From Heteronotia binoei (taxonomy: Eukaryota): DNA of 64,000 bases. Location: NCBI RefSeq assembly GCF_032191835.1, contig NC_083236.1, forward strand, positions 45,756,001 to 45,820,000. Reading direction: 5' to 3'. Under the pieces are notes generated by a model that searched no databases, was not told the DNA's origin, and worked only from the letters and a program-made list of their open reading frames with translations. Made by a program: the position numbers and the translations under genes. Positions within the stretch are counted from its first letter, which is position 1, and every line of letters begins with the position of its first letter. Below are positions 12,207-22,061 of this stretch, piece after piece.

Positions 12207-12435
12207 AAAGTAAAGATAGTCCCCTGTGCAAGCACCAGTCGTTTCTGACTCTGGGGTGACGTTGCTTTCACAATGTTTTCATGGCAGACCTTTTACGGGG
12301 TGGTTTGCCACTGCCTTCCCCAGTCATCTACACTTTCCTCCCAGCAAGCTGGGTACTCATTTTACTGACCTCAGAAGGAGGGAAGGCTGAGTCAACCTTG
12401 AGCTGGCTACCTGAACCCAGCTTCCGCCAGGATCA
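12207..12435 (-). mobile_element. Sauria SINE
   Basis: Reverse complement matches 49840-50141. Confidence 0.82.
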
Positions 12436-12690
12436 TTAGCTGAGCTTTAATTCTCCTTAGTGGTTAATTGCTGGTCCTTGTTTCCTGTTGGATCCTGTGT
12501 CAAGGACTGTTTTTTAGCTCTGTCCCCAGCTTCTAAAGGTGTTCCATGCCCCCTCTTTCATTTAAGGCTCCACAGCATAGTAAGATAGCATCACTTTTCT
12601 GGAAGTGATTTATTTGAAGCGTTCCCTCCCACGCCTTTTCCCTGAGTGCATTCTCTGTTCATGGGGTGTGTGTGCATTTTCCCGCTGTAG

Positions 12691-12795
12691 GCTGCTTTGA
12701 ACATGCTCACCAAATGTCAGTCATTGGTGTACAAAGATTATGGGATCCTGTGCGTTTGCATCCATCCTGGCTGGGTGAAAACTGGAACGTCAGAG
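12691..12795 (+). CDS. C-factor-like SDR, coding exon 5
   Basis: AALNMLTKCQSLVYKDYGILCVCIHPGWVKTGTSE; acceptor cccgctgtAG, donor GAG|GTAACC; 105 nt. Confidence 0.93.
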
Positions 12796-13159
12796 GTAAC
12801 CGCTTTAACCGTTGAATGATTACTTATTTTAATGTACGTTTGATCCTGCCCTTTCTACATGGAGCTCGGTATGTGGTTCTCCCCTCCATTTTATCCTCAC
12901 AGCAACCAGGGCAGGGGGTGTAGGTTAGGCTAAGAGAAAATGACTGACCCAACCACTAAGTTTCAGGGCCAGAGGTGATCTGAACTTTGGTCTCCTTGAT
13001 CCGAAGCTTACACTGTCGATCCTTACACCATGCTAGTTTAAGAAAGGTGGGGGGGACATGGGGACATGTGCTTAGAAAAACCAACGTTGGGCCCCCTAAA
13101 AGAATCCGGGCATTTCAGTCTTCTGTTGCTTTATACAGATGAGAAAGGAGAAACAGAGC

Positions 13160-13390
13160 CCTGACCTGGATAGCCCAGGCAAGACCAGTCTCATCAGATC
13201 TCGGAAGCTAAGCAGGGCTGACTCTGGCAAGTACTTGGAATGGAGACCTCCTTGGAATACGAGCAGTCGGGAGGACAGGGGCAGGCTTTATTCAGCCACC
13301 TCTCTGAATATCCTCCAGGCAGCCTCCAGTAGGAGTCAGTCACTAGCGGTCGCCATGAATTCCAGGTGTGCACACACACTCACACATGTG
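13160..13390 (+). mobile_element. 5S rRNA-derived SINE (SINE3 type)
   Basis: Head AGATCTCGGAAGCTAAGCAGGG...AGTACTTGGAATGGAGACC matches the 5S A/C boxes; a unique body and CA-rich tail follow. Confidence 0.8.
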
Positions 13391-13635
13391 CCCAAAAGTC
13401 CACCCCAAGAAAAGAGAAAGGAGGAACGGTGATCTCAGGGATGCAAACCGAGCAATGCAAGGCTAGATCTGCATTCTTCATTGGGGATGCCAAAATGTCC
13501 CCTGATGGAATCTCTGCTAGCTTCAGTTGCAGGTGAAATTGGTAGATAAGTGGCAGCTGCAGAACACACACTGTTTGCACATCACGGGGCCCAAGTTCAA
13601 TCCCTTTGCATCTCAAAGACATTAGAAATTCACAG

Positions 13636-13903
13636 GCAGGACTTTTTTTTGTAGCAAAAGCCCAGCAGGAATTAATTTGCATATTAGCAGGACTTTTTTT
13701 TTGAGCAGGAACACAGTTCCGGCTGGTTTGGTGCCAGGAGGTGTTGCCTAATATGTAAATGAGTTCCTGACATCACCACTGTTTCACACAAGACTCTTTG
13801 GTAGAAAAAGCCCAGCAGGAACTCATTCCACCTTAGGCCACACCCCTGACACCGAGCAGTCGTAACTATTCCTGTGCATTCTTGCTCAAAAAAAAAGCCC
13901 TGC
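13636..13903. mobile_element. Palindromic hAT-type MITE, family E (TIR CAGGGCTTTTT)
   Basis: Shares aggaactcatttgcatattaggccacacc arms with the copies in the ENKD1 introns. Confidence 0.75.
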
Positions 13904-14130
13904 TCACAGGAGATGCCCAAGGTGCTTAAGGATCCACTTGTGGGTGCTTCTGATAATATTCCAAATTGTTCGCAACATCAGGTTGGCCTTTGCTTGAGCA
14001 AAGCTGCTTCCCATCAGTATGAAGACTTGGCTGGCTCTGCATCAGGCAACCTCTTCAACAGGGAGCCAAACAACACCATCGAAACACCCAGCCCTTCCAG
14101 AGTTGCATAGATATTTGGTACTTTCCCACC

Positions 14131-14628
14131 AAGGGTTGCCAATCCCCAGGTGGGGGCAGGGGATCCCCCAGTTTGGAGGCCCTCTACCTGCTTTGGGGTC
14201 ATCAGAAAGTGGGGGAGCAGAGGGAAATGTCTGAGAACTCTATTACCTATGGAGATTTAATCCCATAGAAAATAATGGAAAATTGATCCACGGGTATCTG
14301 GGGCTCTGGGGGGGGCTGTTTTATGAGGTAGAGGCACCATATTTTCAGCATAGCATCCAGTGCCTCTCCCCAAAATACTCCCCAAGTTTCAAAAAGATTG
14401 GACTGGGGGTCCAATTCTATGAGCCCCAAAAGAAGGTGCCCCTATCCTTATTTCCTATGGAAGGAAGACATTTTAAAAAGTGTGCAGTCCCTTTAAATGT
14501 GATGGCCAGAACTCCCTTTGGAGTTCAGTTATGCTTGTCACATCCTTGCTCCTGGCTCCACCACAAACGTCTCCTGGCTCCACCCCCGAAGTCCCCAGAT
14601 ATTTCTTGAATTGGACTTGGCAACCCTA
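14131..14628. mobile_element. MITE family B
   Basis: TIRs agggttgccaa...ttggcaacccta. Confidence 0.85.
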
Positions 14629-14903
14629 TTCCCACCCCACCCTTCAAGGAGCTCAGGGCAGCATGCGCAGCTCTCCCAGCCTCCCTTTTATCCTCACAAC
14701 CACCCTGTGAGGTAAGGGTGGGTTTAAAGAGGGCGACTGGTCCAAGCTTATCCAGTAACTTTTATAGCAAGTGGGGATTTGAGCCTTGGTCCCCTGGTCT
14801 GAAGCCAGCATTCTAGTCACTGCACCACACTGTGGTACTATATAGGGCCTGAACTGGCAGGAGTAGTTTTTCACTCACAGCTTTTTCCCACCTTTTGCTG
14901 CAG

Positions 14904-15017
14904 GCAGACCTGACTGAGGAAGAGAGTACCCAAGGAATCGTTCACGTGCTGGCCACACTTTCCGAGAAGGATAATGGGACCTTTGTGGACTGGGAAGGAT
15001 GCAAAGTTCCTTGGTGA
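14904..15017 (+). CDS. C-factor-like SDR, terminal coding exon 6
   Basis: ADLTEEESTQGIVHVLATLSEKDNGTFVDWEGCKVPW*, the typical CsgA-family ending (FxDWxGxxxPW); acceptor ttttgctgcAG. Confidence 0.95.
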   Translation, partial: ADLTEEESTQGIVHVLATLSEKDNGTFVDWEGCKVPW

Positions 15018-15056
15018 TTTCTCTCACAACATCAACGGGCTTACGACAGAATCCCC

Positions 15057-15127
15057 AATAAACCACCTGAGCTGTGCCTGTGAGATCAAGTGTCTTTGGC
15101 GTTTTCATTCCCCCCCTTCCCAATAAA
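15057..15127 (+). terminator. Candidate polyadenylation signals of the C-factor-like gene
   Basis: AATAAA at 15057-15062 and 15122-15127, just after the stop codon. Confidence 0.5.
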
Positions 15128-15394
15128 ATATACTTAACACAAGAATCTGGGCAGGGGCAGGGAGGGAGAAAGAAACATGAGAACCAGTTGGTCATTCCCT
15201 AGTTGACATGACTTCTGCTAAACACAGCCACAGGCCTGCAACTTTCCCTTACAGGCTTGTCGATCAGGTGGGTATGATCCTCAGGCTGTCTTCAGATCAG
15301 GGTTCCCTAATGGGCTGCTCACAGGCACTGTGGTAACCACCAATACTTTCCCTGATCTCTGCCAGGTGTTTTTTAGAAAAAACAAAAGCAAAAA

Positions 15395-15650
15395 GAAGAC
15401 TGCAGATTTATACCCTGTCCTTCTCTCTGAATCAGAGACTCAGAGCGGCTTACAATCTCCTATATCTTCTCCCCTCACAACAGACACCCTGTAAGGTGGG
15501 TGGGGCTGAGTGGGCTCTCATAGCAGCTGCCCTTTCAAGGACAACTCCTGTGATAGCTATGGCTGACCCAGCAGCTGTAAGTGGAGGAGTGGGGAATCAA
15601 ACCCGGTTCTCCCAGATGAGACCGCACACTTAACCACTACACCAAACTGG
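15395..15650 (-). mobile_element. tRNA-derived SINE (Squam-like, L2-type tail)
   Basis: Reverse complement starts cagtttggtgtagtggttaagtgtgcgg...ccgggtttgattccc (Pol III A/B boxes); similar copies at 28.6, 36.7, 38.75, 53.35, 54.0 and 56.2 kb. Confidence 0.8.
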
Positions 15651-16096
15651 GTAGACCATCAATGTGAATGCTGTTTCTGATATGTATAATCAATTGATTA
15701 TTGCATAAATACAGATATACAACACAATAACTGGATTGGTGGTCATAATACCTGACACTAAAGTATCATAATAAAGTCTCTGGCAGTGCAATAAGTGAGA
15801 AAGTCCACTATAATAAACTAAAGTACAAGAAGATAAGTGGGGAATTTCTCTTACAATTGGCAGTGTCCAAAAGTCCTCAAGAGCTTCCACTTTGCAGTAT
15901 ATATCTGGATAACAGCAGCCGAAAATGCCCTTCCCAGGTATCTTTCTTGGCATTTCAAAACATTTCTTCTTCAGTAATGGTGGTTTAATGGAACCTGATT
16001 TCACAAATATATAAGGCACAGCTCAAAATGACAATGGAATCACTAGGCTCTCTGATTACAATAAAATTACAGGAATTTTAAAGAAAGCAGGCATGG

Positions 16097-16340
16097 TAGG
16101 GTTGCCAGCTCTCCCCTGGCCACCGGTGGGGGATGGGGGGGGATGGTTACCAGATCCAGGTGGAAAAACTCCTGAAGATTTGATGATTGAGCCTGCGGAG
16201 GACAGGGACCTCAGTAGGGTACAAAGCCATAGAGTCCACCAAAACATCTATTTTATGCAGGAGAACCAATCTCTGTAGTCTGGAGATGGGCTGTAATTCC
16301 GGGAGATCCCCAGGTCCTACCTGGAGACTGACATCCCTAG
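16097..16340. mobile_element. Small MITE with AGGGTTGCCA-type TIR
   Basis: tagggttgccag...ctgacatcccta; related fragments at ~11640-11755 and ~47455-47890. Confidence 0.6.
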
Positions 16341-17192
16341 GGCCTGGCCAGGTGGGGCTTTTGTCCAGCAAGGCTTCTGGTTGGCCACTGGAGATTGAAA
16401 TGGCTGTGCAGATGTTTGTTTTTTTTTAAATGTTGCTTTAGCATCAATGGCTACTGCAGCACAATGATCGTCATGGTTTGACTAAAGGCATGCAGTGGCA
16501 GCCATTTTGTGGCTGTGCCAGCCACACTGTGTCTGATTTCCAAAGGTTGTACCCATGAGCTGGAAAAGGCTGGGGCCCTGCTTCAGACATTACATTAGAA
16601 GGGAGAGTGAGTGACTCAAATTGCAGTCGAATGCGCCATCTGACCGCCCTTTGGTAAAGAGGGCAAAAAAACCCTCTGGGGTTCTTAACGCAAAAGACAT
16701 GTGCATGTGTGAATCATGATTTGTAGTAACTTCATTTAGTCACTGTGTCCAAATACAGGAATCCCAGCCAATTCCTATTCTTTCAGTAACCCTGGTCCCC
16801 CAGGGCACAGTTGCAGTTGCTGGGTGGGCATAAAAAGAAACAAACCCTCTCACAGGCAGGAAACCAGGATTTCTGAGGAGAGTGGTTTTGACTGCTGCAC
16901 CAATTGCGGTTATTCAACAAGCTACTGTTTACAACGGTGGTTTCTCCTGGCATCTAAACAGAGCCTGCTGAGAGAGGTTCCAGGTTGAAATCTTTATAAT
17001 CCAAGGAGCTCGCCTGGAGTTCTTGCCTTCTTCACTGTAGTTCTTATAACAACCCAGCAGGATGGGCAGAGAGTCAGTGACTAGGTAAAGTCACCAACAG
17101 AGTTTACCCTCCTGAATGCAGTGCTTCAACTTTGCATTTTGTGGCATGACAGAAGTCCCAGAATCTTCATGACCACATGCACAGGTTATATA

Positions 17193-17685
17193 TAGGGTTG
17201 CCAAATCCAATTCAATAAATATCTGGGGACTTTGGGGGTGGAGCCAGGAGCAAGGCTGTGACAAGCATGACTGAACTCCAAAGGGAGTTCTGGCCATTAC
17301 ATTTAAAGGGACTGCACGCCTCCTAAATGCCTTCCCTCCATTGGAAATAATAAAGGATAGGGGCACCTTCTTTGGGGGCTCAGAGACTTGGACCCCCTGG
17401 TCCAATCCCTTTGAAATTTGGCGAGTACTTTGGGGAGAGGCACTGGATGCTATGCTGCAAATCTGGTGCCTATAACAACCCCACCCCACCCCAAAAAAAC
17501 AGCTCCCCCAGAGCCCCAGATACCCGCAGATCAATTCTCCATTATACCCTATGGGAATCAGTCTTCATAGGGAATAATGAAGTGCCCAGCAGACATCCTC
17601 CCTCCGCTTTCTGAGGACCTTGAAGCGGGGGAAGGGCCTCCAAACCGGGGGATCCCCTGCCCCCACCTGGGGACTGGCAACCCTA
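17193..17685. mobile_element. MITE family B, opposite orientation
   Basis: TIRs tagggttgccaa...ctggcaacccta. Confidence 0.85.
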
Positions 17686-17979
17686 GGCTGCCGGTGCCTC
17701 CCCATGCCCAGTGGGAGCGACCGGTGAGCATGCACGTCAACGAGCAGATGCAAGGTGAGATGTTGTTTACCAGGGAAAATTACTTATCTCCCTGCAGCTT
17801 CACCTGCCCATTTCACCACCCCGCTCTTAAAGAGGCAGGATTTTTTTAAAAACAACCACCTTATTCATCTCCCCGATTAATCCCCAACCACCTACGGACC
17901 AACATATTATCGGCGGAACCCCCAAGTGTCTCAATGCACCTGCAACTAGACACTCCCCCCAAAAAATTTGCACAGAAAA

Positions 17980-18300
17980 ATGTGACGGCCGCGGCTCCTT
18001 TAAGAGGCAACGGCGAGCGGAACCCCTCCCCTTTGTTTCTCCTCCCCTCGCCCGCCGCTCTCCTTGCGCATGCGCTCGAGCCGCTCGGGCGGTGGGAGAC
18101 TTGAGGGCCGGTACGCTGTACTCATTTCGAGAGGACGACGCGCAGGAGGTGCGCACGCGTACGAGAGCGAGCGAGGGGGCACAGCGACCCTTAGGTGAGT
18201 TCTGTGCTCCTGGGCTGTATTCTTCCGCGCGCGAGGGGGAAAAAGGGGTCTTAAGGTAAATAAGGTCTTCAGGGAAATGGGATCCCCCCCCCCGTGTGTG
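17980..18300 (+). promoter_or_regulatory. GFOD2: CpG-island promoter and non-coding exon 1 of GFOD2
   Basis: CpG-dense island with an NRF1 palindrome TGCGCATGCGC (~18065-18075), a second NRF1-like TGCGCACGCG, and donor TAG|GTGAGT at 18194/18195. Assignment to GFOD2 is by position. Confidence 0.75.
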
Positions 18301-18492
18301 TAGGAGAGTCGGTGGAGTATGTAAAAGCGTTGCACTGCGGAGGAAGAATGGGAGAGGGTGGAGCCAGGAGGGGAGGAAAGGCTTGAAGGGGTGGGGGGCT
18401 TAAAGAGATAAGTGGCCAGGTGATGGTGTGGAGGGGAGATGTAAACTGGGTGGGTGGGCGGCAGGCAGGCAGGGTGTGTGTTGGTTGTAAAC

Positions 18493-18801
18493 CAGGGGGG
18501 GCCAAACTGTGGCTCAGGAACCACGTGTGGTTCTTTCACACATATTGTGTGGCTCTTGAAGCCCCCATCACCCCGTCAGCCGGCTTGGAGAAGGCATTTC
18601 TCTGGTTAAATCACTTCTCCAAACCAAGCCAGCTGTTGGCTTGGAGAAGGCATTTAAAGATAAAGTTGCTTCCTTTCCACCTCCCTCCCCAATCTATTTG
18701 CCTGCCTTCCTTCTTCCCTCCCTCCCTTCTGTCTTGTGGCTCTCAAACATCTTATGTTTATTCTATGTAGCTCTTATATTAAGCAGGTTTGGCCACCCCT
18801 G
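18493..18801. mobile_element. hAT MITE family A
   Basis: TIRs and internal similarity to other copies. Confidence 0.82.
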
Positions 18802-19789
18802 CTGTAAGTCATGTCTTAGTTAGGTCACTCGTGGTTTGAGGAGTAACTTCTATGCTTCTATTTGCTTTTCTTGCAACAGGTTAAAGAAAGGGGCTTTTTT
18901 ACAATGGTTAATACTGGCATTTGTGCCTTCTGTCCACACGGATCAGAAATTACCCCCAAAATGTTAGTATTTTCACCATCAAAACTGTTAATGTTATAAA
19001 ATTTGTATGTGTTGAAACTAAAAAATTTAAAAATTAAATATGACAGCTCAAAGAATTCATCATTTATGGGTATTTATGGTTGGTGTCCCAGTTACCTCCC
19101 ACTGTCCTTATTTTTCTCTCTTCTTTCAGTTTTTCTTATTGCCACCTTTCCTTGGGCATCTTTTTCATTTTCCAACAACTCTTCTCTTCCCGGTTGTTTA
19201 TTGACTGAACAAGAGAGCTTGCTGTGTAGCACTTTATAAATATTTACCTGGAAATCACCACATATGTTTTGTGTATGGATTGCTTTCCTGTTTCCTTTAA
19301 TGTGCCTGAGGTGATGTATAATCAAAAGGCAAGAAATAGGGTATGTGCACACACATACAGACATGTGCATATTTTCAGAGATTCCAAAAGTTTGTGTGTA
19401 GGAAGGTGTTTTCCATGCTTGTGGCAGGTTTTGAAGGACAGTTTGGGGAGGGCATTTAAGAGAAGGTATGGAAGGTTTGATGGGGCTAGGAAAGGACACA
19501 AGAGCAGTAAAGTGTGGAAAAGAGGGAAAGGCTTTGTGTGTGGAGAACCTGAAGGTAAGTACAGGGACAGAAAGGAGAGGAGTTTCCATTGGCGCATAAA
19601 GGTGTAAATGGACTAAAAGTATGAAAGTCAAGAGACTGAAGGGGAAGGGGTGAGTAGGAAAAGGTACCATTATCATCGTTCTCATTGGCTCCATGTTAGG
19701 CCCTTGCGGCAAAGCGAAACAGAACGCTGGTGGTGTCTTAAAGCCTAACAAAATGTATTTCAGTATGAGCTTTTGTGAGGTATTTGTTT

Positions 19790-20220
19790 CTTTCATTCAG
19801 TTAATATTCTGCCCTTCCTGAGGCTCAGGGCAGGTTGCAACAAAGTTAAAACAATTTAAATGGGTTAAAAATACCCATAAAACAATTTCAGTTCACGATA
19901 TAAACAGCATAATTCCAATTCAAAACTCTGCCTCAGCAGTCACAGCCAAACAGGTCCAGAGACTGATCAGATCCTGAGCATCCGAACAGGTGGAGGGAGA
20001 CCTAATTAAAGCAACTGTTGCCTCCTCAGCTAAAAGCCTGGTGGAAGAGCTCTATTTTGCAGGCCCTGCAGAACTGTAACATCGCACAGGGCCCTGATCT
20101 CCAAGGGGAGCTCATTCCATCAGACGGGGGCTAGGCCCCTAGCCCTAGTTGAAGCAAGCTGGACATCTCTGAGACCGGGGACCACCAGAAGACGTTGAGA
20201 CGCAGATCGTAAGGATCGTG
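19790..20220 (-). mobile_element. Degraded L2 LINE 3' fragment
   Basis: Resembles the 3' part of the L2 at 22.9-23.2 kb and carries an L2-type tail. Confidence 0.55.
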
Positions 20221-21238
20221 ACTTCAAGCATATTTCATCAGTCCACATATAATGAGGACATCAGTATTATATGTTTACTTAACATGTTTGTTTGTTTCAT
20301 TTATACAGCACTTCTCTCCCCAGTGGAAAGTCACAGTGGCATCCATTCTCCCCTTCTCCATTTTATCCAATAGCCATGTGAGATAGGCCAGGCTGAGTGT
20401 GCGTGAGTGGCCCAAGGTTGTCCAGCAAGTTCCCATGGCAGAGTAGGCATTGGAATCTTACTCTTCCCACTCTCAGTCCAACAATAACCCAACCCCCACA
20501 ATGCTATTAGATTTATATGATGTAGCAGATGCTTTATAGATGTTGCCATTTTCATGGAATTAGGACCTTAGGGAAGTCTGGAGTTGGTTTAGATGTCATT
20601 TAAACAATTGCTTAAAAAATCAGGATCGGGAATTTGACTTCCTTGTCTTTGTAGGTTAACCGTTTGTTCACTTCGGGTGCTCAAATTCATAGATGGCCAG
20701 CCTTCCCACCTGCTCCAGGCCAGCAGATGAAATGTAGGGAGCAAAAATGATGTCATGCATTGCATCAGCACCTCAGGCAAGATAATTTCGATCCCTTTCC
20801 TGCCTCCAAAGCTCCCAGGTGTTTCAGGTTATGACAATTTGGTGTTGTGGTTAAGAGTGTGGGCTCTAATCTGGGAGAACTAAGTTTGATTCTCCATTCC
20901 ACATGCAGCTGCAGGAGTGATCTTGGGCCAGTCACTGTTGTCTCAGAGCTGTTCTTTCAAAGCCCTCCCTACCCCACCTTCCTCACAGGGAGTCTGTTGT
21001 GGAGAGAGTAAAAGAAGGAAATTCTGAACCATTCTAAGTGAAGGGCAGGATATAAATCCAATCTCTTCTTTTCTTCTAACATCCCTGTGCATTTGTCAGC
21101 CTTCCATGTTGTTAGCAGTTCTGAATGGGAAAACTTCTGCAACATTTCTGCTGGACAAGCACTGGTCTTAATGGTGCACATAATAATGTGATGTTTGTTC
21201 CCTAACAGGGCTGTGGTATGAAATGACATACTTCAGAG

Positions 21239-21702
21239 TAGGGGCGGCCAAACTGTGGCTCAGGAACTATATATGGCTCTTTCACACATATTGTGCGGCT
21301 CTCGAAGCCCCCATCACCCTGTCGGCTGGCTTAGACAAGGCATTTGTCTCTTTCAATCATTTCAATCAGTGGCTTGGAGAATGCATTTAAAGTTGCTTTC
21401 TTTACACCTTTCCCTTCCCCATCTGTTTTCCTTTTTTAATTTTATTTATTTATTTAATCGGACTTACGGTACATCCTGCCCTCCCCTTACGAACTCAGGG
21501 TGGCTAACAACATTTTAAAACAACCGCATAAAACAATTTAAAAAAATAAAGCCACAATATAACAATTTACAAACTAAAATAAATAATACATAAATTTTTC
21601 TTCCTCCCTCCCTCCCTCAAGCATCTGATGTTATTAATGTCTTGTGTCTCTCAAACATCTGATGTTTATTCTATGTACCTTAAGCAAGTTTGGTCACCCC
21701 TG
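21239..21702. mobile_element. hAT MITE family A with an internal L2-tail insertion
   Basis: Perfect 8 bp TSD CTTCAGAG. Confidence 0.85.
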
Positions 21703-22061
21703 CTTCAGAGTGTTTGTAGTCTTTCATTTTTATTCAGTCCTTCCTCACAACAATCAACTATTTTCTCAATCTGTGAGGACGGTTGATTTGGGGAAGGGTT
21801 GATACCCATCTATTTCTACTTATTCTAGGAGTAGTTTTATGTGTTTTATGTTTCTTTTCCTTAACTTGATTGATTCTATAATTTCTCAAGAAGAAATTAA
21901 GTTTGCATGTAAGTGATGCCCATAAAGATTTTGAAATGATGTAGAAGCTAAAGGCCATTCTGATAAAATTTAAATATATAAAAATAAAGTATAGGAAAGT
22001 TATTAAATAGCAGGGATGCTGCATTCTCTGAAAAAAATGAAATGAATGTGTCAAGTAATAT

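Noticed and set aside
13160-13270. 5S rRNA gene-like and tRNA-like sequences at several sites
   Set aside because: All are diverged SINE heads joined to SINE bodies, with no intact cloverleaf or 5S terminator; not called as RNA genes.
15015-15086. Possible TGA read-through or selenocysteine extension of the C-factor gene
   Set aside because: The protein already ends at the family-typical PW; no SECIS-like structure or read-through context seen.
15690-16019. 109 aa minus-strand ORF in unique AT-rich DNA
   Set aside because: No recognisable motif or splice structure; length within chance expectation.
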